Shown: positions 19,374-29,419 of the stretch, in pieces
How the letters are laid out: every line of letters begins with the position of its first letter
Numbering within the stretch: the stretch's first letter is position 1
DNA from: Candidatus Omnitrophota bacterium
GTDB taxonomy: Bacteria > Omnitrophota > Gorgyraeia > JABMRN01 > RBG-13-46-9
NCBI GenBank assembly: GCA_016782425.1
Contig: JADHYN010000001.1
Span: 655-64,654, forward strand
Reading direction: 5' to 3'
DNA length: 64,000 bases
The notes under the pieces: model-generated
Told to the model about the DNA's origin: nothing
The model's database searches: none
Seen by the model: the letters and a program-made list of their open reading frames with translations, nothing else
Translations under genes and position numbers: made by a program

Positions 19374-20289
19374 CTTTTATCGGCCTATACACTGCCTTCA
19401 TCCACTCTATGGTTCTGGGTATTCCCTCTTCAAGTTTTATTCTTGAGCTGTGTTTTAGATCCTTTTTGGCTTTTATTACATCGGGTTTTTTATCTTTGGT
19501 CGTAAATGGCTCTTTTTTAACGTATTTAACGCGGCTGTCTTTCTTGCCCAAATATGACAGAATCAAATCCGACAGATACTTTATGTCATGATATTCGTCT
19601 CCCGCTATATTATATACCTCGCCAGGAATAAAGTTACCCAATATATTGCAGAGTGTCGCCACCGTATCCGTTACATAAGACGAGGTTCGGTGATGGTCCA
19701 AAAAAACCTTATAAGGCATGCCGTGTAATGCATGATAAATAAATTTACATATCACGCTGCGGTAATTGCTATAATATTCGCCTGGGCCATAGGTATTGAA
19801 TAATCTTACTCGAACGCTTTCCGTATTATGCATCTTTTGCGAGTTGATTATCTGCTGCTCGTTAATCCACTTTGTCATTGCGTAATCGTTCAGCTGTTTT
19901 ATCTCGTGATTATCCATAACATTTTCCGCCATGACACTCTTGTAATCACCGTAAACCTCTGAACTGCTGGTAAAAATAAGCCTAAAATTATGCTTCTCCT
20001 GCAATTTTATCACGCTTTTTGTCCCTACCGCATTGGTTTGCCAGAGAACATCGTAATACTCTTCACCGTTCCATCTCCCGAACTCGGCCGCTAAGTGATA
20101 TACATAATCAAAATTGTGATTATCGAAAATATTTGACAGCTGTCGATAATTTCCCACATCACATCGTATATATCTATCGCGATGCGAATGCGCTAAATCG
20201 CAAAGCCATACTTCGTGACCGCGCCTGTGCAAATCCTTAACCAGAACATGACCGATAGTTCCCAGACCACCTGTTACCAAAATTTTCAT
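19366..20289 (-). CDS. NAD-dependent nucleotide-sugar epimerase/dehydratase
   Basis: TGGLGTIG, SSSEVYG, YAMTK, FNTYGPG. Confidence 0.9.
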   Translation of the reverse strand: MKILVTGGLGTIGHVLVKDLHRRGHEVWLCDLAHSHRDRYIRCDVGNYRQLSNIFDNHNFDYVYHLAAEFGRWNGEEYYDVLWQTNAVGTKSVIKLQEKHNFRLIFTSSSEVYGDYKSVMAENVMDNHEIKQLNDYAMTKWINEQQIINSQKMHNTESVRVRLFNTYGPGEYYSNYRSVICKFIYHALHGMPYKVFLDHHRTSSYVTDTVATLCNILGNFIPGEVYNIAGDEYHDIKYLSDLILSYLGKKDSRVKYVKKEPFTTKDKKPDVIKAKKDLKHSSRIKLEEGIPRTIEWMKAVYRPIKDE

Positions 20290-20315
20290 CTGTACCTCCG
20301 GCTATTTTTAAAAAA

Positions 20316-21719
20316 CTATTTTAAGTTAATAAGTGCACCCTTGACATAATTCAACAAGTCATTCAAGCTTTTTATTTTGGCGAAATGGTAAAAAAGTATT
20401 TTAGGTCTTAAGTAAAATTCTCGAAAGGCCCTTTTTTGGCTGCGTAAAATATCCTGGGATTTAAAATTTGCGTATCTTACTACGGACAAATTTTTAACGC
20501 TATATCTGGACCAATCTTTTGTAATGATAAGGCTATTTTTAACCGCATAGTCCCATAAATCGGAACCCGGAAAAGGCGTGACAGTCGTAAAGCCTGCGGA
20601 ATAAAGCGGAAGGTTTTTTGCGAAACTCAAGGTTGCTCTTATAGTATCTCTTGTCTCACCAGGCATGCCGAACATAAAATATCCATGCGCTTTTATTCCA
20701 GCCCTGTTAGTAATTGCTATTGCGTTTTTAATTGTTTCTTTGTCGAGCCGCTTAAATTTTTTCAGCATGCTTTCATCACCCTGCTCTATTCCATATTGAA
20801 TCAACTCGCATCCGGCTTTTTTCATCCACGCAAGAACTTCCTCATTTACCTCTTTTGCGTGAGCGTTGCAATTCCATTTTATATCCAATTTATTTTTTAT
20901 TATTCCTTTGCAAATATCGATTACCCGTTGTTTATAAAGTGTGAATACGGAATCTCTTAATGAAATATATTTTACGCTGTATTTTTCATGCAGTAATTTT
21001 AATTCTTTCAGAACATTTTCAGCGCTGCGATATCTGTACCTTTTTCCCCATGTGCGCGTCACTGAACAAAACATGCACCCGTAAGGACAACCCCTGCTTG
21101 TAATAACCGTGGCGAACGCGCCTCTTTTACCCCAGTGCGGGGGCGGGTTGTACCGTTTCATTTGAGAGAGTAGCCCGTAGTCAGGAAAAGGTATCCGGTC
21201 TATGTTCATTACAAATGGTCTTGTTCCCGTATTCGTAATTGAACTGCCCGTTTTATAACTTATGCCCTTAACTGCTTGATAGTTTTTATTCCCTCTACTC
21301 GACATATCGCACAATTCAAGCATGGTATATTCACCTTCGCCTAGCACGACAAAATCCATGCATCCCTCTTTTAACGCCTCTTCGGGCATTGCGGTAGCGT
21401 GAGGCCCTCCCATAACGGTAACAATAGAGGGATTGATCTTTTTTATTTCTTTCGCAATAATATACGCAGATGGAGCCAAAATGGTCATGGCGGTTATCCC
21501 CACTATATCCGGCTTAAGTGCAATAATGCGATTTTTTATCTCTTCCATACTGCAACCAAAATTGCAAGCGTCAAGAATTTCCACATTGTAGTCGTTCTTT
21601 TTCAGCATGCTTGCAATATATAACAGCCCCAAGGGATGAGACTGAAATTTTGGCTTCACTGGCCTATTGATATTCAATCCCTGGGTAGGATTAATTAGTA
21701 ATATTTTAGGTTTTTCCAT
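20316..21719 (-). CDS. B12-binding domain radical SAM protein
   Basis: PLGLLYIAS, GGPHATA, GEGE, SRGCPYGCMFC. Confidence 0.9.
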   Translation of the reverse strand: MEKPKILLINPTQGLNINRPVKPKFQSHPLGLLYIASMLKKNDYNVEILDACNFGCSMEEIKNRIIALKPDIVGITAMTILAPSAYIIAKEIKKINPSIVTVMGGPHATAMPEEALKEGCMDFVVLGEGEYTMLELCDMSSRGNKNYQAVKGISYKTGSSITNTGTRPFVMNIDRIPFPDYGLLSQMKRYNPPPHWGKRGAFATVITSRGCPYGCMFCSVTRTWGKRYRYRSAENVLKELKLLHEKYSVKYISLRDSVFTLYKQRVIDICKGIIKNKLDIKWNCNAHAKEVNEEVLAWMKKAGCELIQYGIEQGDESMLKKFKRLDKETIKNAIAITNRAGIKAHGYFMFGMPGETRDTIRATLSFAKNLPLYSAGFTTVTPFPGSDLWDYAVKNSLIITKDWSRYSVKNLSVVRYANFKSQDILRSQKRAFREFYLRPKILFYHFAKIKSLNDLLNYVKGALINLK

Positions 21720-23124
21720 CTTGTTTTATAAAATAACGCATCATTTCCCGGAAACATCTTTTTATTAATTGAACTACTTTGTTGATCACCTGACTCTTGT
21801 TTCGATATAAAAATCCGAGCAGCTCCGCGTATCTGGAATTATGGATATACAGCCCAAAAAAGGTCCTTATACGCATGAAATCAAGATAAGTCAAATTGAA
21901 ATTCTGAAATTCAAGAACACTTCCAAAATACTTATCATATTTCGAATAATCCTTGCTCTGAAGCCTGTATCCCCCTTTATTTTCTAAAGCCAATTTATAT
22001 ACATCGGTTCCCGGCCACGGCGTCATTATGCCCACGCTGATTCCATCCGTATTAAGTTTATAAATTAAGCGTACCGTTTTTTCAATTTCGCTTTTTGTCT
22101 CGTCTATATGACCGAGAATATAGTACCCCCACGTTTTAAAACCGAGGCTTTTGGCTAAATTAACCGCGTCTACACACTTTTGCACTGAAGTATTTTTCCC
22201 TGTGGCTTTAAGAACCCTGTCCGAGCCGGATTCGATTCCAAAACTAATAGTGTGACAGCCTGCTTTTTTTATCAACGCTAAAAATTCCTTATCGACTATA
22301 TCAACTCTTGTAGTGCAATCCCATTTTAATCTTTTACTTAGCCCGTTTTCGATTATTTTACTCAACATATTTTCCGTGTATTCTCTATTTAGACCAAACG
22401 TGCTGTCGCAGATTGACAGATCGCTATTCGGTTCATGACCAAGCACATACTCTAGATCGACCAAAATATGCTCGATATCCCTATAGCGCGCCTTCCTGCC
22501 AAGCGTTCGAAAACAAAATGAGCACCTAAACGGGCAGCCCCTATAAGTATTGATAAAATATTTTTTGGCGCGAGGCCATAAACTGAAAGACGCGGGGGCG
22601 TAATCATGCAGATTATTACCATATATTTGTTCGGACGTATTTTTTATTATACCGTTTTTTCGATAATATAAACCGGGGATTCTTTCTACAGTTTCGGAAA
22701 TGGAATTCGCTTTAGACAATTTTTTTAAAATAAACTCTCCTTCACCAACCGCTACCGCGTCTAAACTGGCGTTCTCCCGAATAGTCTCGTCAGGTAATGC
22801 AGTAGCGTGGACGCCACCAAGTATAACGAACGAACCGGGTAAATGCCTCTTAATATTTGTTGAAAACGCAATGACATCTTTTATTTCGGTCGTGGTGGAA
22901 GTAAGCCCTATTATTTTCGGATTAAGCTTTACCAGACGACCAATCACTTCCTTCTCGTCTAAATTAAAAAACTTCGCGTCTATCACCTCAAACTCGATCT
23001 CGTGTTTATTAAGGTAGCCCGCCAAATACGCCAGGCCCACGTGAGGACATCTTACTTTATTAAAATTGAATTTATACGTACTATATGAGTTAAACGGCGG
23101 GTTTATTAATGCTAAATTTTTCAT
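21706..23124 (-). CDS. B12-binding domain radical SAM protein
   Basis: GLAYLAG, GGVHATA, GEGE, RGCPFRCSFC, GIESGS. Confidence 0.9.
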   Translation of the reverse strand: MKNLALINPPFNSYSTYKFNFNKVRCPHVGLAYLAGYLNKHEIEFEVIDAKFFNLDEKEVIGRLVKLNPKIIGLTSTTTEIKDVIAFSTNIKRHLPGSFVILGGVHATALPDETIRENASLDAVAVGEGEFILKKLSKANSISETVERIPGLYYRKNGIIKNTSEQIYGNNLHDYAPASFSLWPRAKKYFINTYRGCPFRCSFCFRTLGRKARYRDIEHILVDLEYVLGHEPNSDLSICDSTFGLNREYTENMLSKIIENGLSKRLKWDCTTRVDIVDKEFLALIKKAGCHTISFGIESGSDRVLKATGKNTSVQKCVDAVNLAKSLGFKTWGYYILGHIDETKSEIEKTVRLIYKLNTDGISVGIMTPWPGTDVYKLALENKGGYRLQSKDYSKYDKYFGSVLEFQNFNLTYLDFMRIRTFFGLYIHNSRYAELLGFLYRNKSQVINKVVQLIKRCFREMMRYFIKQDGKT

Positions 23125-24294
23125 TTATAATTCAATTGTCTTTCGTAATATACTTCGATAAACATGAATGTATTTTTCTTTTATTACATCTAATGAAAAT
23201 ATATTTTTTACCCTTTCCCTACCTTTATTTACCATCTTTTTCAAATCTTCCTTGGGTGTATTTAAAATTCGTAAAATACCCTGCGCGAGCATGTCCGATT
23301 TTCGTGGCTCAACAACAATGCCGTTTTCTCCGGCAATTATTTGTTCCCTAACACCGCCAACCGCGGTTGCGACTACGGGAACTCTCATCGCCAAAGCCTC
23401 CAATAAAGCAATGGAGCAAGCCTCGCTTACCGAAGAAAGAACAAAAACATCAAGTATCGAAAGCAGTTCGGGTACGTCGTTTCTAAAACCCAGGATGATT
23501 ATATCGTTTTCTAATCCCAGAATATTTATACTTTTATGTATTTTTTGGAAGTATCGCGCTTTATTTTTTATGGACCCTATGATTATAAATTTTGTGTTTT
23601 TTTCCTTTTTCTTAATTATACTTGCGGCTTTCAGAAAATATTCATATCCTTTCGCCTGAGTAAAATTGCCCGTAGCACCGATAATTCGGAATTCCCGCGG
23701 TATGTTTAATTCTTTTTTGATACTGTTTTTTTTTCTTTCATCCATCAGGTCAGAATTAAACTTATCCGTATCCACTGGTGCATAAAGCACGACGGATCTG
23801 GACCAAAGGCGCTTATTATTTGAAAAGTAATACCTGCCTACTTCTTCAGATGCAATAGCGATCCTGTCAGACAGGGCATGAGCCAATGGTAAAAATAATT
23901 TCTTCATAATTCCGGTAGTTACCGTGTCATTTAAGTGCCATAATATGTTAATGCCGGCAATTTTACCAGCAAACGCCGGAAGACAGTTCGTTATACCATT
24001 TATATGAAGCAATTCGATTTTCTCCGACTTGATTATTCTGTAAATCTTGTAAATGCTGCGTGGTAAAAAAATGCAAAACATAAATAAATTGATCGCCGTA
24101 AAATCGCGCGTTATGCATTGCATATACCGCATGACAAAACATTTAAAATCGTTTATTGGGACATAATTTTTGTTTTTTTCATTAAATAAAAATACTGTAT
24201 CAATATTTTCATCTTGTAGTTTCAGCGCAACATTACGCGCCCGAACCTGCGGCCCACCTAGTCTATTATCTAAAAAACAGTTTAAAACTCTCAT
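23125..24294 (-). CDS. GT4 glycosyltransferase
   Basis: GGPQ, KG, SEACSIALLEALA, VGGVRE. Confidence 0.88.
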   Translation of the reverse strand: MRVLNCFLDNRLGGPQVRARNVALKLQDENIDTVFLFNEKNKNYVPINDFKCFVMRYMQCITRDFTAINLFMFCIFLPRSIYKIYRIIKSEKIELLHINGITNCLPAFAGKIAGINILWHLNDTVTTGIMKKLFLPLAHALSDRIAIASEEVGRYYFSNNKRLWSRSVVLYAPVDTDKFNSDLMDERKKNSIKKELNIPREFRIIGATGNFTQAKGYEYFLKAASIIKKKEKNTKFIIIGSIKNKARYFQKIHKSINILGLENDIIILGFRNDVPELLSILDVFVLSSVSEACSIALLEALAMRVPVVATAVGGVREQIIAGENGIVVEPRKSDMLAQGILRILNTPKEDLKKMVNKGRERVKNIFSLDVIKEKYIHVYRSILRKTIEL

Positions 24295-25145
24295 GAATAC
24301 TTGCTTGCTGTAAATGTCGGCTTTCTTGTGTATTTTTTATCTTTTTCTTCATCGTATAAAACAGCTCTCCAATTGGCGGGTTTTCTCCCAACTACAAGCA
24401 CCGCATCGCTTAATGCCGGGAAAAGCTTCGTAAGAATAGAATATACCGTTCTCATGATTTTATTTTTTATTTTTTTACGCCCGGCTACATTTACGCCGTT
24501 CGCGTATTCAATAGAAAGACCCTGATACTTTAAAAGCCGCTTGGATTCCTGCAGGGTATATTCCCTGACATGCCCCCTCCATGGTTTTTTGCCAAAATAA
24601 AAGCTTTCCAATGAGACATAGTTGGTCCTGCCAAACAGAACCGAAATACGCTTCCGTATATTAACGGAATTCGGCATTCCTATAAATACATAACCATTAA
24701 TCTTTAATTTGCTTATGAGCTTATTCAGTAAATCTCTTGGCGAATCATGTAAATGCTCCATTACGTCCGTTATAAGTATTCCGTCAAACGTATTATCGTT
24801 GTAAGGCAGGTTTTCATCTGTGATTTCTAAAAAATTTATATTTTCTTTTCGTACAAAATCTTTTATAAGCTCCTTGTTGTCACCTTCTAGGTGCCAACCG
24901 TCTTTTAAATCATCGCAGCCGTAACACACATAACCCATTCTGTTATAAATCGCCGTTTTATCGCATGCCCCGCAACCAAAATCCAATATCTTGGAACCCG
25001 GCAAAATATATCTTCCGATTATGCGCGCTAGCACGCTTCCGAAATCAGTTGCTGTTTCTATATAGCCTTTAAAAGGAAAATCGTTTTTTAGATCCTCTAT
25101 GATTTTCGCTATTTCCCTATCTTTGTTCTTTAGTTTTTTTCTCAT
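24291..25145 (-). CDS. Class I SAM-dependent methyltransferase
   Basis: ILDFGCGA, DVMEHL, HVREYT. Confidence 0.88.
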   Translation of the reverse strand: MRKKLKNKDREIAKIIEDLKNDFPFKGYIETATDFGSVLARIIGRYILPGSKILDFGCGACDKTAIYNRMGYVCYGCDDLKDGWHLEGDNKELIKDFVRKENINFLEITDENLPYNDNTFDGILITDVMEHLHDSPRDLLNKLISKLKINGYVFIGMPNSVNIRKRISVLFGRTNYVSLESFYFGKKPWRGHVREYTLQESKRLLKYQGLSIEYANGVNVAGRKKIKNKIMRTVYSILTKLFPALSDAVLVVGRKPANWRAVLYDEEKDKKYTRKPTFTASKYS

Positions 25146-25168
25146 TCGCTTATCCTTCTTAAATTTTT

Positions 25169-26644
25169 TTACTTCTTACCTTTCAGAGTATCTATGACAT
25201 TTTTAACCAGTTTTGGACGATTAGTTTTTGCCAACTCAACAACATACGCCAATCTTTTCATGTTGAGTCTAAGTTTATCTTTCCTTGATTTCTTAGCGAC
25301 AATAGTATACGCCCTCTTTCTTGCTGCAATAAGATAACCGGCATCCAGATCATTCACCTCCAGCATGGGCTCCTCTCTTGAATAGGCCTCCCAGTTCATT
25401 CGCTTCCCTTCAATCCAGCGCAACCCTCCTTCGCCTTGATCGGCCATTTTAAATACATCAGTTGCGGGATACGCGTCAAGTATGTTTATACTTGCGTTGT
25501 CACAAGGTAATCTTGCAATCAGTTTCATCGTCTCTTCGAGTGTATTCTTATTTTCGTACGGCAATCCAAAAATAATGCTTATATTTACATGGCTTATGCC
25601 TGCGCATTTCGCGGAATGTACTTTTTCGATTATCGCATCTTTTGCGTACCCCTTATTAGCCTTTTCCAGCACCTCTTCGCTTCCGGATTCCACGCCGAAA
25701 AAGGTATATATACAGCCTGCTTTTTTTGCGTGTTTAAACATTTCAGGATCTGCGGTATCAATTCTTGTCTCAAAACCCCATTGTACTTTTTTATGCAATC
25801 CGCGCTTTATATACTCGTCGCAAAATCTCGCAAACCATTCTTTTTTTGAGCAAAATAGGCTATCTTCAAAATAAATGCGTTGTGCGCCATGCTCTTTATT
25901 TAACAAGTCAATCTCATCTAATATGTTTTCGATTGCCCGAACGCGATGTTTCCTTGTATGCAGCGGCATGCAAAAAGTGCAGCGAAAAGGACACCCGCGG
26001 GAAGCGAAAATGGGATAGACGTGTTGAAAATTATACTTACTGGGGTTGTATACTCTTGCGTACTTCTTATAACATACAAGGGAAAGGTCCGGAAATGGTA
26101 AAGAATCTAAATCCTTGATTAATGCTCTCTCATCATTGCGTATGATTAGGCCTGATTTATTACGCCACGCGACTCCTTTTAGATTAACAAACAAATCATC
26201 GGTCGCGCGGCAACCATGCCGTATTCTCTGGCAAAGTTCAACAATGGTATCCTCTCCTTCCCTTATTACAGCGGCGTCAATATCAACGCACTCTCTAAGC
26301 GTATATTCGGGTAATGCTGTCGAGTGCGCCCCGCCAACCAGGGTTATCGTTTCGGGACATACTTTTTTTACGCATGCGGCAATCTTATACGCTGAAAGTA
26401 TATTGAATGTTTTGGATGAAATACCAACTATGGCTGGACGAAGATCTTTTACTGCTTTTTCCACATCACCATGGCTTAGGTTGTACGTAGGAATATCCAA
26501 GATTTTGACGTTAGCACCGGTTTTTAATTTAACGTATGTCGCGATGTAAACAATGCCCATGTTGGGAGTGGGCAATTTTCGCCCAAGGGCCTGTTCGGTA
26601 ACCAGGCCCTTGGGCGAAGACGGATCAATAAATAAAATATTCAC
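25169..26644 (-). CDS. B12-binding domain radical SAM protein
   Basis: GGAHSTA, REGE, SRGCPFRCTFC, GVESGS. Confidence 0.9.
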   Translation of the reverse strand: MNILFIDPSSPKGLVTEQALGRKLPTPNMGIVYIATYVKLKTGANVKILDIPTYNLSHGDVEKAVKDLRPAIVGISSKTFNILSAYKIAACVKKVCPETITLVGGAHSTALPEYTLRECVDIDAAVIREGEDTIVELCQRIRHGCRATDDLFVNLKGVAWRNKSGLIIRNDERALIKDLDSLPFPDLSLVCYKKYARVYNPSKYNFQHVYPIFASRGCPFRCTFCMPLHTRKHRVRAIENILDEIDLLNKEHGAQRIYFEDSLFCSKKEWFARFCDEYIKRGLHKKVQWGFETRIDTADPEMFKHAKKAGCIYTFFGVESGSEEVLEKANKGYAKDAIIEKVHSAKCAGISHVNISIIFGLPYENKNTLEETMKLIARLPCDNASINILDAYPATDVFKMADQGEGGLRWIEGKRMNWEAYSREEPMLEVNDLDAGYLIAARKRAYTIVAKKSRKDKLRLNMKRLAYVVELAKTNRPKLVKNVIDTLKGKK

Positions 26645-27741
26645 CTTGGTTCACGTTTTGTTTTATGCTTATCGGCAAGTAATATTTTTAGGCTTTCCTC
26701 AAATTTTTTTCCTATGGTCTGCGGCGTAAATCTACGAAAAGCCTCTTCCTTGCCGCTTTGCCCGATTGCACTTCTAAAGCTATGGTCAACTATTACTCTT
26801 TTTATCTTCATAAAGGTTTCATCATTATTTTCATTGTCGACAATTACGCCAGTCTTTCCATCTTCTACCTGCTCAAGCATGCCACCGAATCGATTGACAC
26901 ATACCGGTTTACCAAAAGCCTGCGCCTCGATCACCACATTGGGAAAAGCCTCTTGAAATGAGAAATGAAGCAGCATATCCGCATTTCGGTAATATTCGCC
27001 TATGTTATTCACGCAACCGATCAGTGTAGTTACCTCGCTCATGCCAAATTTCATCAAACTCTCCTGGAACATATACTTGTATGACCCCTCGCCGATTATA
27101 AGCCAAACAGCGTTTTTCGCTACTTCATCAAAAATTTTCCTCATTGTAGGCAGAAAAAATATCAGGCCTTTCATTTTATTATATATATCAAAATGGGTTA
27201 TTGATAGAAAAATATTTCTTTTACGGTTTGTTCCCGGATTTTTTTCGTGTTCCGCGACCTGTGCTTCCTTTATAATGCTATTATTTAGCGGAATTTCCAC
27301 AATCTTTATTCTGTTTTCAGGGACATCTGTATTACTAAGAATTTTTTTCTTTATGAAGCATGAATTGGCAATAATGCCGTTTGATTTATTGATCAAAAAA
27401 GTTCCCAGTTTTGCTGAAAATTTATAATACATTTTCCCAAATATATTTGGCGCCATCCTGGCAAAGGTTTTTCTTTCCTCCCAGATATCCCCTCTTAATC
27501 GCATAAAGTACGGTACGCTAAATAACAGTCTCAAAACAAATGCAAATGCTCCATGCTTGCCCTGATTATCGGTTAAAATTAAAGCTACCTTTCCGCTCTT
27601 TAGAGCCTTATGCAATGATATAAATTGCGGGATCAACTTCTTCCTGAAATTGAAAATTTGAACTATTTCTACAGCGCTCTCGCTGAGCGGTTCAATAATT
27701 TTATAATGCCTTACCGGATGTGCAATGTATACGATTCTCAA
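26641..27741 (-). CDS. GT4 glycosyltransferase
   Basis: EAFPNVVIEAQAFGKP, GGMLE. Confidence 0.85.
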   Translation of the reverse strand: MRIVYIAHPVRHYKIIEPLSESAVEIVQIFNFRKKLIPQFISLHKALKSGKVALILTDNQGKHGAFAFVLRLLFSVPYFMRLRGDIWEERKTFARMAPNIFGKMYYKFSAKLGTFLINKSNGIIANSCFIKKKILSNTDVPENRIKIVEIPLNNSIIKEAQVAEHEKNPGTNRKRNIFLSITHFDIYNKMKGLIFFLPTMRKIFDEVAKNAVWLIIGEGSYKYMFQESLMKFGMSEVTTLIGCVNNIGEYYRNADMLLHFSFQEAFPNVVIEAQAFGKPVCVNRFGGMLEQVEDGKTGVIVDNENNDETFMKIKRVIVDHSFRSAIGQSGKEEAFRRFTPQTIGKKFEESLKILLADKHKTKREPR

Positions 27742-27753
27742 GTTTTAACCTTT

Positions 27754-29415
27754 CTACCCCAAATAACCCAGGTGGCGTAATCGTTCCATTAGGCGTTTTT
27801 CGTCGCAGGCATTATTTTCCTGTTTTTTATAAATTATACTTTCGGATTTTTGGTATTTTACCGGGGCGCAATTTTTGATTATTTCATCCCATATACGCCC
27901 ATCCATATCTTCCGGGACAGGAACCCCCATTAGATGTAAAACCGTGGGCGCTATATCCTCGATGCGAGCTTCGGAAATTCTGGCATTAGGTTTAATCTTG
28001 TTTCCCATAGCCATCAATACTCCCGAGGGGCTGTGGGACCCACCCCGCCTTCTTACGAATAAGCAGCTATCGCTCAATGTATTCCGTGTCGTGCAGCTAA
28101 AATCATCTATTTTAACTACCAAGTCCGGCATTTTATCAAGATGCGGCCCTTTAGCGTATATATCCTCTTTGCGCAAAATTTCGGCCGATTGGACCTGCCA
28201 TAGAAACTGCAACTTCTTAAATTCAGAGCAAATATGTTCTATTGTTTCTTTGCGTGCCCGCGAGGAAAGGTTTTGTTTTTCGCAAAAAGGCCCAACGTAT
28301 ATTTCGCCATAATTCCCATATCCGTAAGCTTTCGTATGTTCCCAATCAATAAGGTTTTCGTCAAAATTTATGCTGTCCCGGAAAAAGCGCTGCAGATTTA
28401 TCTTGCCCCTTACCACATTAATTAATCGTTCCATTTTTACATTGCTTCTTATTACCGGAAAAAGCATCTTTTTGATACTTCTTGTCAGGTAGCGGCTCGG
28501 GTTCTTCAATAAATTTAAAGACTCTTTTTTTAGATGCAATACCCCTATTTTTTCAAGCCACGTATTGATGTTGAACTGCCATTTCACCGGCTGCATGCCA
28601 TGATCGGACATGATTAAGACCTCCGTATCTTTGCCAGCGACTGTAATTAGTTTCTTTATGCAATCGTCCAAAATAATATAAGACTCCATTAATAAACTTT
28701 GCGCATGCATCATTTCCGGCGCAAGAAGCCTGTGAAATACGCGATCCAGACTTGTAAATGTCGTAATGAGCAAATCCCATTCCGGATATTTTTTCATAAG
28801 ATACAACGTGGCGTCAGATCGGTTAAGCATAACTTCTCTTGCGCGATTCAGCAACCATTTATCGCTAAAAAACCTTCTTTTTTCCATCCTTGATCTCTCT
28901 TCTTTCTGCCCGGCCCTGTATGAAAGAGAGGTCTTTAAATCCCAGAAATCAACTATGTAGGCGCTACCAAAGGCGCTATTTAGCTCGCTCTCCAGCCCCC
29001 TCGGGAATGTTAAAGCCATATCCTGTGGTTTGAAAAAACCGGCTACTATGAATCCATTAACTTTTTCTGCCCTAAAAACAGATGGAACATTAATAACGCC
29101 TATTTGCTTACCTGCGTCATTCACATAATCCCAGAATGCCTTTCCTTCTGAAATTTCACTGTAAATATAAGGTTGAAATGAAAATGTATTCTTTTTTCTC
29201 GTCATAAACCACGGGATTCCTATTTTTGCCGGTGATTTACCTGAGGCAAAAACATTCCACGCGGGGCAGCTGGCAGGGGGATACGTGGAACGCAATTTAT
29301 TAACTACGCCTTTTTCAAAAAATAGTTTAAACGTGGGCAACCTACCCGCTTTAACCCCGAGTTCTATAAAATTCAAATCCGCCGCATCGATTCCAACTAT
29401 AAGCAATTTGGACAT
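27754..29415 (-). CDS. Alkaline phosphatase family protein (type I phosphodiesterase/nucleotide pyrophosphatase-like)
   Basis: Start reassigned to MSKLLIVGIDAAD; STYPPASCPAW, DRVFH, SDHG, DIAPT, C-terminal RLRHLGY. Confidence 0.85.
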   Translation of the reverse strand: MSKLLIVGIDAADLNFIELGVKAGRLPTFKLFFEKGVVNKLRSTYPPASCPAWNVFASGKSPAKIGIPWFMTRKKNTFSFQPYIYSEISEGKAFWDYVNDAGKQIGVINVPSVFRAEKVNGFIVAGFFKPQDMALTFPRGLESELNSAFGSAYIVDFWDLKTSLSYRAGQKEERSRMEKRRFFSDKWLLNRAREVMLNRSDATLYLMKKYPEWDLLITTFTSLDRVFHRLLAPEMMHAQSLLMESYIILDDCIKKLITVAGKDTEVLIMSDHGMQPVKWQFNINTWLEKIGVLHLKKESLNLLKNPSRYLTRSIKKMLFPVIRSNVKMERLINVVRGKINLQRFFRDSINFDENLIDWEHTKAYGYGNYGEIYVGPFCEKQNLSSRARKETIEHICSEFKKLQFLWQVQSAEILRKEDIYAKGPHLDKMPDLVVKIDDFSCTTRNTLSDSCLFVRRRGGSHSPSGVLMAMGNKIKPNARISEARIEDIAPTVLHLMGVPVPEDMDGRIWDEIIKNCAPVKYQKSESIIYKKQENNACDEKRLMERLRHLGYLG

Positions 29416-29419
29416 TGTA